Below are positions 39,207 through 55,499 of a stretch of DNA of 64,000 nucleotides, piece by piece. The stretch spans positions 84,816,001 through 84,880,000 of the forward strand of contig OX597818.1 in the NCBI GenBank assembly GCA_951406725.2, read 5' to 3'. Source of the stretch: Octopus vulgaris. Lineage: Eukaryota. Below the pieces are notes generated by a model, which had not been told where the DNA came from, did no database searches, and saw nothing but the letters and a program-made list of their open reading frames with translations. The number at the start of each line of letters is the position of its first letter. Positions within the stretch are counted from its first letter, which is position 1. The translations under genes and the position numbers were made by a program.

Positions 39207-40012
39207 ACACAACCTCTCTCCCTCTCTCTCCTTTACCCTTCTCCCTGTCTTTCTATCCCCAAATTTCTTATTCTTCCACACTTTCTGCGCGGATATATGC
39301 GTGTGCATGCAAATATGCATACATGTATGTGTGCATGCATGCACACATGCACATACATACACACACATATATATGTGTGTGTGTGTGGTGTGTATGCGTA
39401 CGTGTGTTTGTCTGTATGTATGTGTGTGTATACTAGTATATACATACATTCTTACATACTAATTTGCATGCATGCCTACATGCATACATTAATACACATG
39501 CGCATACTTAAATGCATACCTTTGTTTACAAACGAAGTCATACATACATACATTCATACATACATACATACATACATACATACATACATACATACAAGTA
39601 AATTTACGCTTTAACTTGCTCTCACAAATGGCTATGATTCATGTTATACATACATATATACACATAATACATACAGTCATATATAAACATATATATATTG
39701 ATACACACATCCATGTGCATATACACATATACACACATGCATACATACACACCGTACATGCTTATATACATACGTCCATACATATAGATATATGGATATA
39801 TATATATATCTACATATATGTATAAATATACATGCATACATAACCTATCTACAAATACATATACATACATGCATTCTATCTAATTTAACATTCACCAGGA
39901 AAACTTCAACGTAGCCATTGTTCTTCCCACTGTTGCTGTCATTACAGAAGTAATTCTATACACATATACAAGTATATTCATCTATACACTTACATATACA
40001 TTCCTACATACT

Positions 40013-40043
<31 letters not shown>

Positions 40044-40636
40044 ATATCGTCTTCTAAGAGTTATACGTTCTTGTCCATGTTGTATTTTTCTACATACCTT
40101 AATATATATATATATATATATCAATAAAAACATAAATACAAGCTTACATATATATATATATGTGTGTGTGTGTATGTATGTATGCATACATGTATGTATA
40201 TGTATGTACATTCATTTATATGCTTGTTGTTTTTTTTTACTTCTGCCTTATTCCCTTTCAAGTCGTTGATGTTGTTGTTGTTATTGTTTTTGTTGCTGTT
40301 GTTGCTGTTGCTGATGCAGTTTTTATTTGTTTATTTTCTTATCTCTGTCTCAGGTTTCTTAAAACATGCCAAATAAAATAATAAAATAACATTATATTAA
40401 ATTTAAAAACACATGCGCACACACACACACAAACACACACATACACACACACAACACACGGACGAAAAAAACTCGCATACTCCCACACACACACATACAC
40501 AAAACAAAGTAAACCAAAATAAATAAGTAAGTAAATAAATAACATTTAGATTTATTTTATCTTTACGAATTTCACCTGAAAATATTCGGCAGCTGTGAAG
40601 TAATCAACTCCAGCAGAATGATGGTGAAGTGTAATG

Positions 40637-40669
<33 letters not shown>

Positions 40670-41025
40670 CCGTGTGTGTGTTTGTGTACGTGTGTGTCTG
40701 TGTACGCTTAGACACACACACGCAGGCACACATGCATGCACACATGTGTATGCATATATACTTATATAAATGTATATATATATATATAAGCATACATATA
40801 TACGTATATGTTTATATATATCTAAATATATGCATACATACATACATGTACGTATACGTATGTATGCATATATCTATGCATCTATATACACTCACACACA
40901 CATACACACACAGACAGACGCCTGCACACCATTAGTGTCTAAATGTATGCTCACATGTATGTACTCATATGTGTGTATGTATATGAGTATGTATATATGC
41001 ATGCGTATGTGGATGAGTACGTATC

Positions 41026-41077
<52 letters not shown>

Positions 41078-41282
41078 TGTATGTATGTATGTATATGTAC
41101 TCACACACGTATACAAACACATACATACCACAGGAAGATAGATAAAATAATATAATGCGTAAGAATTAAAGAAATTCAGAAAAAAACCCATGTAAATTTG
41201 ATATTTGAGAATAAAACGTATTTTCCAGTTTAGCTTTTTGCTATTTTCTGTTTCTTTCTCTACAATGCTTTTACTATTATTG

Positions 41283-41348
<66 letters not shown>

Positions 41349-42071
41349 GTTATTATTATTATCTCCCTTTATTTTATATATATATATATAACTTTTTTTT
41401 ATCATGCCACTTAAATTTCTTACTTGGAAGTTGTCATGACTTTTCCAGACGTATTTCTTGTGTGTGAGCTATAAAGGAATAAAGGAATAAAAGAATAAAA
41501 GAATTGGTAATTCAGTTTCAGCAGTCTAACTTGTCTTAGGTCCTATGCACAAACGAGAATCTTTGAGCAAAAATTGCAAATTTAAAGTAGTTAAGGTGTT
41601 TCGTTTTAACATTATTCCCCATTCGTAATTCTCAAATAAAATTGTATGTACCAATGTACATACATTATATGTATGTGCGTGTGTGTGTGTGTGTGCCCGC
41701 GTGCGATTGTGTGTGTGTATTTGTGTGTGTGGTTATATGTGCTGGTGAACGTATGTATTCTTTTCTGTTTTTATTCTGGTTGCTGTTTCAGTCTTTAGAC
41801 GGCAGCCATACTGGTGCACCGCCTTGCAGGGTTTTCGTCAAACGAATCAACACATGTTAATTTACTTAAAGCCTGGTACTTATTATATTGGTTCCTTTTA
41901 CCAAACCGCTAAGTTACAGTTCGTAGACAAAGTAAATCTTGTTGTCGGGCGTTGATGAGAACAAACCCAGATACAACCCCCACACACACACACACATGCA
42001 TACATATGGATGGGAAGCAAAATCCGCACTCTGCCTGCACCTATGCCACACTGCTAAGTATATGTATACAT

Positions 42072-42106
<35 letters not shown>

Positions 42107-42132
42107 TGTATATATATATACACACACACACG

Positions 42133-42183
<51 letters not shown>

Positions 42184-42474
42184 GTATGGTAGTCAATGCT
42201 TTAGAGAGTATATATGCATTTCAGCAAAATGCTGTAGTAATTATACAACAGTTGTAGAAACAGTATACAGCCTTGGAAAAATGTGTATATTTGGAGCTTT
42301 CAATATCTGTCATTGTATATATAAATATATATGCACATGACGAGCTTCTTTCAGTTTCCATCTCCCAAATCCATTCACAAGGCTTTGGCCAGCCTGTGGT
42401 GTTATGCAGTGGGATTGGACCTAGAATCATGTGTGTTTGAGAAGCAATGTTCTTACCGCACATCCACACCTGCG

Positions 42475-42548
<74 letters not shown>

Positions 42549-42983
42549 TTAGTAAAGTCATACATGTGTAGTAAAGAAGCTTGATTTTAATGGCTTCGGA
42601 GTAAGTGGTATGGGCGGCGCTTTAAGCCAATGCTTTCTACCGTAGCCTTAGGCTGCCCTATGTCTGTTTGTGGCTATGAATGTTTTTTTTTTGGTTTTTT
42701 TTGTTACAAAAGTGGCAAAAATATCTTATGCACTACCAGGATATTTTAATAAACAAAGATATGAAAATACTTTGTACTCAAGTGTAAACCGGCTTGCAAC
42801 TCAGGAATCATGAACTCAAAAAAATAAGCTGGAAATACGATGTAACAAATTCTCTAAAATTTTTATAGTAAATATTCTGTGTGGCGATGGAAAATTACAA
42901 AGCAAGAATTCTTCACAATGCAGAAATTATCTGCTTAAGCCATTGTTGCAATTTTTTTTCAGTTAAGCAAATTTAAACGAATA

Positions 42984-45439
42984 CTAGCAGCATAGCCCGG
43001 CGTTTCCCGGGTATGTAAGAAACTTTGTCGATAAGCAATGCCCTTTACCTTTTTACCCTTTTTTGTACTCATTGAACCGTTATTTTGTAAAATGAAGCCT
43101 AAAAGGCATTAAGGCATTCAAGGCACCGTTCCCTTGCATGCATGAAGAAAATCTGACAGTCAAAGTGCATTTTCTGGTTTTGTTTAGCACACCCAACCCA
43201 GTTCTGCGGGATCAGTGTCACGACGGGAACGCATGGGTTGGGAGTTTGACAGGCAGAGGTTGCACATGCCGGCCCTTTGACCCCCCCCCCCGAACCCAAG
43301 TTGGGTTCGGACCACAGCTAAGCCCTACCTAATCCTAACTTAAGTCTAGCGAAAGGGGGCTCGGGAGCCTCTAGTAGGCAACGACTAATCCCGATCTAGT
43401 CCTTTGAAAGTAGGCATCCACCCTTCTCTAGGAGGAATTTTGGCCCCGAAAGAGGTCATTTAGAATGAGCAGTTGTACTTTCGAATGATTTCAAGGAATT
43501 GTGATGATTCGGGGGTTAAACCCGCCGCGAGATCCTTCAGCGGTTGAGGTGGTTCCCGTAGGAGTGACAGGTCCAGTTTGCCACTAGAGCAGCACAAACC
43601 AGGTGGCTCTCCGGGCCATTTCTTGGCTTTGCAAAACTGGCATACAATTGTCATTGACCCTATCTTGATGTCGTCACGCAAGGAGAAGTTAATTGTGGCG
43701 TCGTAGTTGAATGCTAGTGACGACCAGAAAGCGGGGGCAGGGGTACGTACACCACGAATGATATCCCGACGTTGGTTGATACTCTCAAATCGAGTGCGCC
43801 GTGCCTCAGCAGATTGAGATGGGCGTGCGACAGCGGTAGCAGTGGCATCCCTTGAAAGCCTTCCAGCTCTCGCCTCAGCACTCTCTGAAGCCCTAGCAGA
43901 AACAGTGTTAATGGCATCTCTGGATGTCCGAATAGTTCGTTGGCCTGGAGTTTCGGCAGATCGAGCCATGGCTGTGTTTGCGGCGTCAGCAGCTTGGCGA
44001 GCTCTCCTCTGTTGTGGTGCTTCGGCAGATCGAGCCATGACTGTGTTTGCGGCGTCAGCAGCTTGGCGAGCTCTCCTCAGTTGTGGTGTTTCGGCAGATC
44101 GGGCCATATCCCAAAATGTATAAAAATGTACAAAAATGTACAAAAATGGAAAAAAAGCGAGCAGCAATGTGAGTGACAACAACGAAAATGCCAAAAGTGA
44201 CCAAACTGAACAAACGAATGGAAAAGGTTTTTTGGTGCACACGACAAAAGCAGCTTATAATAAACCAAGAGTTTGCAAGTAGCGTCCGGGGACCCTTAAG
44301 GTACGTCAAAAATTTAAGGTAAAAGTTCGAATAGCTTGCGGCTGCAGCAGCGATTAGCAGAAGTAGGCCAACGTGTGAAGCCTGCGGGTGTGAACCGAGA
44401 GAAGTGGGAGTCACAAACTATACGCACACAACTGAGTGTGTCAGTGCATGTGATTGGCCAAAGGGTGTTTAATTGAGAGCATTGTTCACCGTTTGGGGAG
44501 CCAATGGGAAGAGCTGCAATCATTGTGTCAAGTATACGCGCGCACACAACCGCAAACGCATCTACAGCCCAACATTGCTCGGATTTGAAGCAAAAGGAAA
44601 ACATATGCCATTTCTAGTAACCTTTATGATAAAAGCGGCAAAAATCGACTAAATCGCCTGAAATCCGCTAGCTATTTAACAAAAGTCAGTTTTCTAGGGT
44701 TCGCATGGTCGGTCTCAAAGTGATATGGCTTTGTCGATCTCTCCCAATACTTGTTAACTGCATTGACAAAAGGTCGTTAGTTTGACATTTAATGCAAACG
44801 TGATGTCCAACATCGGTGTAGGGAAAATCTATGTGAACTTTCAAAAATTATCGCAGAAAAATCGGTTTGCTATGTGTGCCACATATGATGTAATTAACCG
44901 ATTTTTTTCCAGTAATAACGTATCCTATTGGAATCAAAAGGGCCATATAGCTCCTTGGAGCAGACATGATTCTCGCTGTGAAATTTCAAAAACAAATCCT
45001 GCCAATTTGTTAAAGATATTGTCGAAAATATGTCATCTTGAATTTGAACGCAATTTCCCAAAGTGGCATGATTTTATCGATTTTTTCTGATGGTAAGGTA
45101 TTGCATGGAAAACTAATGTCAGAATTAAGTTCCTTGGGATAACATTAAGCTTCACCATGAGTTTGGGGAAAATCAATTGCAAGTTGCGAAAGCTACAACG
45201 GAAAATGTGTTGCATATGATAAGCTTAGATTCTAGACCCCATGTCGAATTTATCGATTGTTTTCAGAACTGGGGGAAACTTTTCAAAATTTTCGCTGCGT
45301 TAGTTTTGAATTATGACATTGGGCTATGTGTGTGTCAAGTTCCATCAGAATCGGTTGAAAGCCGTGGTCAGGGTGAGGGTACAACCTGACAGACACACAG
45401 ACACACAGACAGACAAACTGCCTTTTATATATAGAGAGA
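42984..45439 (-). mobile_element. Internally deleted Helitron retaining the RepHel N-terminus
   Basis: A|TC ... hairpin cccgggaaacgccggg ... CTAG|T on the minus strand; same 5' end as 28303. Confidence 0.9.
43400..44107 (-). pseudogene. Helitron RepHel N-terminal fragment
   Basis: 23-aa STPR-like repeats (MARSAETPQ.RRARQAADAANT), C..C.A.KW.GE..GLCCSSGK zinc finger, FLEIIRKYNCSF*MTSFGAK...GWMPTFK, then truncated. Confidence 0.88.
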
Positions 45440-46229
45440 TGCTTGACTAGCAAGACTGGGAGTAGTCCATTATATTTTAATAGCGATACTGTCAGCGAGT
45501 GGTAATGCGTGGCTAAGCCATTACGGTGTTGGACGTATAATTCTAATATTGTGGTTTCAATTCCTGGGCCGAGAGGTGCGTTGTGTTCTTGTGCAAACCA
45601 CTCCATATCACGTTGCTCCACTCAGCTGGCAAAAAGGAGTATTCCTGTGACAGACCGGTGTACCGTCCACGGGGTGGGAATACATACGCCACAGAAATTG
45701 AGAAACTGGCTTTATGAGTCCATATGACTCGGGAAGGAATTTTATCTTTTTATACTGCCAGTGTCCTTGAAGAACCCTATATACTAAGGTAAAGCTGTGT
45801 CATGTCTTTCAAGGTTCTTAAAATTATAGATGTGTTGGTAACATCATATCTTAGAATTTGCAGTTCTTCGAATATATGATGCTGGTGAGTTTTATTACAA
45901 TCAGGTAAAATTTTACTCACTATTAAAGGTTTAATCACTAGGAGTGTTGCAGTTATAGGTGAAGAGAAAGTGGTGAGTTTTTCTTTGTAATTTTCCTTTT
46001 TTTTTTTTTTTGAGTGGCTTTTATCACGGAATTGGATGATAAAACTTATAAAGTTATCAAAACTATATTTACTGACTTTAAACTGTATTTCGATTGAAAA
46101 TTTTGTTTTACTGAGCAATAAAATAAATTTATTTTAAGAACTCACTTATGATTTGGGAAGAGACGTTCAGTCTAACCGACAGATTAAGCCACGAAATGCT
46201 TCTTGGCTTATTCTTTCCCTTAAAAAAAA

Positions 46230-47950
46230 TTAAATTTGAATAGTGGATGTTATCTGTTAAACTTTTTTTTTACAAACGGCCTACTGAGGGAACCATCGTT
46301 CGAAGATATGGAAAAATATGTTTATCAATATTGGGTATTAAGCAGCTTACGATTGTGAGAATTTTTTTAGAGTTGTTATTTATATAACTCGGTTCTTCTT
46401 TTCATCTTTGAAAAGGGCAGAATTTGTTCGAAACTATATTTAGATTAACATGCAAAAAGAAACACTAACATTTATATCATTCGTATGCCTTAATTCAAAT
46501 TCCTTAAACGGCTCTTTAATCTTTTAGTATTCAGATTATTCTGTCAAATGTAATGATTATTTCTTCACATTATTTTAAAATTAATCCCGTATTACCTTGT
46601 AGCGTTGAGAAGTTAATTATGTGATTATTTATTTTTTAAATTAAATTGTTAGACAGGTGTGAGAGGCCAGACCTTGCTGATTTGAGCATAAAAGAGGTAG
46701 ACTATATGGGCCGGGTATGGCTGGGTTGAAGACTAAAGGATTAAGGATTGTTTCTCAAAATATATCTAAATCATAGCAGTATATATTACACAAAATTATA
46801 GTTGATTCTAATTTAGGCACACGGCCAGGAATTTTAAGAGGATGATGATAGTCGCTTACTTCGATCCCATAGCTTGTGCGTTACTTTATATTATCGATCC
46901 TGGAGGAATATAAGACAAAGTAAACCTCAGCGTAATTTGAACTCAGAATGTAAAAAACTGCAACAAATACTGCAAGATATTGTTTCCGATACTTTAACAA
47001 TTCCACTGGAGCTATAATTCCATTATCTCTGTATAAATGTCCTCACAGTTCAAGGAACCTTTTAGGAAGGAGGTTCAAAACATACATGACAATAATATCG
47101 CATAATTCCGCCTCTTCGTACAGACCCATGGATATATCAAACAACTCGCCTCCAAATGAGTTATGAAAAAGTGGAATAGCTTTCTTTGCATGCATAATAA
47201 ACCTGATATGGAATTCATTATTTGGTAAGAATTCATTAATGAAAGCAGAGGGTTTATGAAGAAGAAGTTTCATTATGAAGAGTTAAAATTCTATTACAAC
47301 GAATTGTGTAAATTTGCGATGTTGTTTATCGTTGAATCCACTTAACCACTCTATTACGGAAGCACTATTGTTCCATGATAAAAGAGAACTGCCCTTTTTT
47401 TAAACTATGATATCTGGGCTGTGCTTGCTTGCTTGCCATACTTAACTCGATTCTCGAAACTTTAATTAACCTGCTTTTAGAATTACTAATGAAAATTTTC
47501 TTTGTGATATTTGAATGCAAAGGGGGCTTTACGTAAGATTAAGTATTCAATTATATCGTTTATTTTGAGACGAATGGTTATATCTTTAGCAACAAGGTTT
47601 ATATAATTATAATGTATCAATACAGTTTTTGTTTGTTTTTTTGCCATCACACATGAATTTTTTTTTTTACATATAATTCCACAATAACTTTAGGTTCTTA
47701 CTGAAGAGCGTTTTCAAAGCAGTTTTAGAATATTTTAATTTACTCCTTTTACTAAATTAAAAGGGTTTGTTTCGAATCGCTCGAGTACTTTATTTTGTGA
47801 AGGGCATTTTATTGTTCTGAATCCAAGCTTGTTATCTATAAAAAAAGAAATGGACGCCATACCATCGTCTTATAAGAAATTCTGATATTTCAAAGAGTCA
47901 TTCTCAAGTTATTCGGAGGGGGAGGAATATCTTGTGTATAAAAATTCAAC
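46230..47950 (-). pseudogene. Decayed Naiad-type PLE reverse transcriptase, interrupted by SINEs
   Basis: KYHKENF..KSRLI, WNNSASVIEW, IMHAKK, FDISMGLYEEAELCDII, HLYRDNG, PSYINNNS resemble the FDVTMGSYDGAE / GLYRDD class of PLE RT. Confidence 0.7.
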
Positions 47951-49408
47951 GGGTGCTTTTGTAAATTCAGTTGTTGTTTATAGGTGTGTATAGTGCTCTC
48001 TAAGACAAAGAAGCGATATGCAGATGAATTAAGATGCAGGAATGTATACAAGAGGAAAGAAAATAACCGTGCACAAAAGTGAATGTATAGTGAGATGGTT
48101 TACTGAAGCTGACTTTTCACAAACATTTATTCAAGTTTCTCTGCTGCTCATCTTTAGATGATTGTGAAAAATAGAAGATAAGAGTTTTGGTTAACGTAGC
48201 AAACACTGATTGGTCGAAGGAAAATAACAAAGGCATGCAAATGGCTGAGGAAATATAACGGCTTTTGCTCCATGAAATTTAAATATGAAAGCTTTTGCAT
48301 GGCAAATATATTTGACAACAGAGTTGTTTCGATGAAAATAGTGTGTACCATGAAAAATAGATATGAGGTAGAATATATGTTGCAAAAGCAAGTAGAAAAT
48401 TACAGATAATAACACAATAGTAAGAAAACATCTCGTAACAGGTTTCTTTGGTGATAGAAAATTACTTAGCAAGAATTTCGCAGAATGCTCACAAAAATTG
48501 CCATTTCACTCTTTTAAGCAAATTCGGCAAGTCAGACTTGAACAAAATACACTAAGTTTGTAAGGATTGAGAAAACTCAAAATGGTCGTTAAAGACACAA
48601 AGGGATTTACAAAAAGCTGCGTTTTGTCCATCTGGGAGGGGTTTTAGTCGAAAAATCGACTCCACTACTTATTTTTTCAAGCCTAGTACTTATTCTATCC
48701 TTCTATTTTGCCGAACCGCTAAGCACACCAAAACTGGTTGTCAAGTAGTGGGGGGGGGACAAAATATACACACACACACAAACACACTTACTACCACATA
48801 CACACGCATATATATATATATATATACACGACGAAGTTATAATGAATGACACTTGCCCAATGTGCCACGCAGTGGGATTAATCCTGGAGTCATGGGGTTG
48901 GGAAACAGGCTTCTTACCATGTTGCCATGCCTTAACATTCTTAATATAGTTAACTTTTGGGTGCTACTTAAAATGTTGATGAGTATCTGTAATCATATTG
49001 AAAACAATAAGAAAGAGTTTATTAAATAAAAAGAAATTCAACCACCCTTCCACAACTTTAAAAAGACCTGGTAAGTGATATCGGTTGTATATATTCCATA
49101 TCATCGCATGAGGCAGTTTTCTCACTTTTATTACAACATCCTTCGTACTGGTGGTTCCGCAGTCAGCATATTTCACATGGAGTGTAAAAACGTTTTTATA
49201 AATGTAAAATTAGGTCAAGAAACACTCCATATTTTAAATGTTTGTTTGCACATTGCAAGAGACTTTTTCAACGTAATTTTTTATTCAGTTCCCGAGAAAT
49301 CACTTACATCGTAATTTCTTTTTAATCGAAATACAGTTGCTATCAGATATTGCAATTATAAGAACTTTATGAGATGTGTTTGTAGATGAGAGGCAGACAG
49401 ACATATGC

Positions 49409-49447
<39 letters not shown>

Positions 49448-49451
<4 letters not shown>

Positions 49452-49657
49452 ATCCAAACAAGACAACACAAAAGCAAAGAAATACAACAACGCGAGGACG
49501 TGGAACAAGTAAAGTATTATTGGACGCTCAGAAAAGAAGGGAAGAAGGAGGATTTAACGTTTCGAGCGGAGCTCTTCGTCGGAAACATAGGAGAAGGAAA
49601 GATCCCGTGAAGGGAAGACAGAGGAAAAAAATCGCCAGTGGTACTCACGAGGTCACA
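49448..49657 (-). mobile_element. ~210-bp PLE-derived element in (TA)n with minimal hammerhead (49553-49585, U4C)
   Basis: Minus strand: ttt CCGACGA a gagc tcc gctc GAAA cg TT aaa; homolog of 23281-23491. Confidence 0.75.
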
Positions 49658-49677
49658 TATATATATATGCATATGTA

Positions 49678-49728
<51 letters not shown>

Positions 49729-49795
49729 TACATATATATGTATGTCTAAATATACGAATATAAATGTATGTATGTATATACATATATGAATATGT

Positions 49796-49842
<47 letters not shown>

Positions 49843-50023
49843 TATGTATGTGTATGTATATATATGTATATATATATACATACATACTTATTCGTATATC
49901 TATGCATGTTTGACATATGTATGAATGCTTGGTAGAAGTGCTCGGGAGAGAGAGAGAAATAAATTAAATGTAACAATAGATAGATAGATATACATATGTA
50001 TATATACGTACATATATATATAC

Positions 50024-50100
<77 letters not shown>

Positions 50101-50910
50101 CATATACAAACACACAGATATATACATAGATATATATACACACACATGCATGCATATCTGTAACTGTACACACATATATGTATGTATTTATGTGTGTGTA
50201 TATATATATATATGTGTGTGTGTATGTGTGTGTGTGTGTGCGTGTGCGTGTGTGTGTGTGTGCGTGTGTGCATATGTGCATATAGTTATATTAACAGATA
50301 CATGCACGTTTGTATATATATAGCTGTTTGTTTTATCCGAATTTTTTAGGATTGGCACTTGTATTATTTTGCCAGTCTTTTTTAGTATTTTCTCGAACAA
50401 TCTTACATTATTTGATTCCAATAAGAAAAAGATTGAAAAATGGATTATACTGAGTAACAATCACAAAACTAATCTTAAATTTACTTTAGCTGAAATTTAA
50501 AAAGAAAATTTTTTTCTGACAATCAGGTATATGCGAGTACGTTACTCATATACACAGTCATATAGTCATCATTATTTGCGACATGCTTATGAATGTATGA
50601 GTGTGTGTGAGTATACATATATCTATATATATATATATTTATATATACACACATATGCCTTTATGGCTTATAGGTTAAATGAGGTATGACTGCCCTCACT
50701 GCCGAAACAGCTGTCAGTTTTGATTAATTGCATATTATATTTGAAATTTTTTTTACTTATATCTCTTTATCTTTTTACTATTAATGTATATCTCTTTTTT
50801 TATAATGCCTCTACTCATATGTAATGGTGTATTAAAGTATTGATTGGGTATCATCGGATAGTTGATGTTTTATTGATTTAAGTATGTTTCTCCATTCTCT
50901 AATTTTGTAG

Positions 50911-50961
<51 letters not shown>

Positions 50962-51062
50962 TGCACATACACCCATACGTGCATTCAAGTATATACAGAC
51001 ACATACAAGCAAGCACACACACGTATATACTACAACATAGATGTATATATTTATGCATACAT

Positions 51063-51163
<101 letters not shown>

Positions 51164-51357
51164 CATAGCTGTTTGCTTTATCAGAATTTTAACGACTTTT
51201 TATTTACTTATCACCCGACGTGATACGTCTGCACCACCGGATACGCCTGAACCAGTTTTTTTGTGTCCCACATGAGGATTTGATGCTAGATGTGTCGAAA
51301 CAATTGTTGTGATTAATAATAGATTTTCGTAATTACATCTGCTTTTCATTTGTTTTA

Positions 51358-51392
<35 letters not shown>

Positions 51393-51394
<2 letters not shown>

Positions 51395-52276
51395 GTTGCT
51401 TAGCCACATACCGAAAAAATTAGAAATAGCAGTCAAAGACTGTTTATTTCTATTTTCTACAAATGAGACTCTACATACGACATATCCCTGTAATGCAAAA
51501 CAGAAGGAAGAAATAACGAAAACAAAGTCTAATGGTCATTTACGAACGCGTTTCTAGATTAGGAATATAATAAAATATAAATTCCGTATCTTTCATCAGC
51601 GTAAACCTCCACTAAAATAGATTTATCAAATGCTACGTACCTCCTTTTCTCGATCAGGCGACATCGAAATAGTGGAAGAAAGCAAGCATAGGCTAAACCT
51701 ATGTAGACGATTGAATTCGTAAATTTTCCCTCCAAAATTTTACTATGCGTATTACAAAAATAGTTCCTTAGAGATAGAAACTATGGGTTGTCGTAAGGGA
51801 GTGAAAATTCCAATTAGTAACATAATAAGAGTAAATAATATCTTTAATGGTTTTTAAAAAGACAACAATTATTTACTGGTAGATTTCGGCATGTAAATAA
51901 AACCATTAACGGTAGGAACTTTTATAAAAGTTCAATATATATATATTGTATAAAAATAAAAGAGGCAGGCAACAGGTTGCTTAGCCACATACCGAAAAAA
52001 TTAGAAATAGCAGTCAGAGACTGTTTATGTAGAGTCTCATTTGTAGAAAATAGAAATAAACAGTCTCTGACTGCTATTTCTAATTTTTTCGGTATGTGGC
52101 TACGCAAACTGTTGGCTGCCTCTTTTATTTATATACAATATATATATATTGAACTTTTATAGAAGTTCCTACCGTTAAGGGTTATATTTACATGCCGAAA
52201 TCTACCAGTAAATAATTGTTGTTGTTTTTTAAAACCATTAAAGATATTATTTACTCTTATTATATTACTAATTGGT
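51393..52276 (-). mobile_element. Non-coding PLE-type element: 581-nt partial tandem plus inverted copy, in (TA)n
   Basis: aggttgcttagccacataccg at 51393 and 51974; ~52026-52276 is the reverse complement of unit sequence spanning the monomer junction. Confidence 0.85.
51539..51605 (-). ncRNA. Type I hammerhead motif
   Basis: Minus strand: tttacg CTGATGA a agat ac ggaat..attcc ta atct a GAAA cgcg TT cgtaaa. Perfect 6-bp stem I, palindromic stem III, A.A mismatch at the base of stem II. Confidence 0.78.
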
Positions 52277-53544
52277 ATATATATATATATATACATACAT
52301 ATAACAAATGAAAGACATATATGTGCGTATGCATGAATATATATACATCTATGTTGTAGTATATACGTGTGTGTGCTTGCTTGTATGTGTCTGTATATAC
52401 TTGAATGCACGTATGTGTGCATGTGCACTTATGATAACCATATATACAACTACAGATACTCATATATATGTATGTATATATACATGTGTGTGTGTATGTC
52501 TATTGATATAACGTAATATATCGATACATGATACATGATATAAAGACTCAATACGAAAATGTAGAGCTTATTTTGCTTAAATATATAAACAGTTCGTTGA
52601 ACCTTGAGGTTACGTGTTATATTCAGCAATCTTCAGCAAGGCAAAATTCGAATAACGGAAGGAAAATATTAAAAAATAATTGGAATCCATTCTTGCATTC
52701 TGTTTTATTATTACACTTCAATGAATTTTCGTGCAAGATTTCATGAAGTTCATCATGGGTATCGTTAAGGAAAAGAACAGAAGAGATGGAGAAGGAGAAG
52801 AGAGGGAATATTCATATCTTGTGGATGGGGGGTGGGATTCTCATCAAAAACATCCAACTGGGATATAATAACCTTCTCTGTTGGACATTGGTTCAAATAA
52901 CCGCTTTTTCTCACCAGTGTGTTGTTTTCGACCGATTATTTGTAAAACAGATAAGAGGATTTTCAGATAACAAATTTTCCTTAAATATAGATACACATTT
53001 GTAACCGAAATTGAAAGAAAAAGCTAACATCATGTCATTGATTTCAAAGTCCCTAAAATTTTCTTAGCTCTCTGGAATGTTACTAAGTACATCATTTAGA
53101 AAGTGACCTGCAATAGATTGTCTTTCGAGCTAAAGTAAGATTCATCTGTTGCTAGTTGTACACATTAAAGTGCAAATAATCTCCAGTGCCTTAAGCACAC
53201 CTTTCGGTCTTAGACATCGGGTTACCACATGTCGCGATAAGAATGTTTCTGTGTGGGAGTGAGAAATGTGACGTTTCGGTATCGAATGAACAAAAAGTCT
53301 GCTGAGAGTTTATCTTTTATCTTTTTCCAATCATTAGACTTCGGCCTTGCTGGGGTACCGACTTGAAATTTAAGTCAAATGAATCGATCCCTGGACTTAT
53401 TTTTTAAGCCTGAAACATACTCATTCGGTCAGTTTTGCCGAGGCGCTAATTTACGGGAATATGAACACACCATCACCTGTTGTCTAGCAGTGAACGGGGT
53501 GGCGACCGAACAAAACTGACACAAAAGCACATGCACATATATAA

Positions 53545-53678
<134 letters not shown>

Positions 53679-54300
53679 GTCGGGCTTTTTTCAGTTTCCG
53701 CTTACCATATCCACTAACAAGGCTTTGTTCGGCCCAAGGTTTTAGCAGAAGACACTTGGCCAAGGAACCACGCAATGAAACTGAACCTGCAAACATGTGA
53801 CTGAGAATCAAGTTTCTAATACAATTAATAGATCTTGTTCCACAAACAATCTTGAATGGTCAGATTTTTTTATGACCTCAGTAACATTTGAACGAATCAC
53901 GATCGAGGTGCTCAGTTTTGGGTTTTTTCTTTTTTCTTTTTTTGCATCGGATATAGTTAACCGGGTTCGTTTCCTAAATCTTTTTGAAATTGCTGGATAT
54001 TCCTGCTACTGGTTAAAAGATTAAATGGAGCTAGCATATATTAATTTCATATTTTGGTACAAGGCCAGCATTTTCGGGAAAGGGAATAAGTAAATTGCAT
54101 TGACCCCAGTACTCAACTAGTATTTATTTTCATCGACCCCGAAAGGATGAAAAACAAGTTGGCGGAATTTGAACTCAGAGTATATAGACAGACAAAATGC
54201 CACTAGGCATTTTTCACGGTGTGCTAACGATTCTGCGAGCTCACTGCCTTAATAATAATAATAATTATTATTATTATTATTATTTTATTATTATTATTAT

Positions 54301-55406
<1,106 letters not shown>

Positions 55407-55424
55407 TGATAATAATAACAATAA

Positions 55425-55480
<56 letters not shown>

Positions 55481-55499
55481 ATTATTATTATTATTATAT

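Noticed and set aside
39899-39949. Possible 51-nt micro-exon (cag|ENFNVAIVLPTVAVITE|gtaatt)
   Set aside because: Weak pyrimidine tract, no recognisable homology and no partner exons; it needs RNA-seq.
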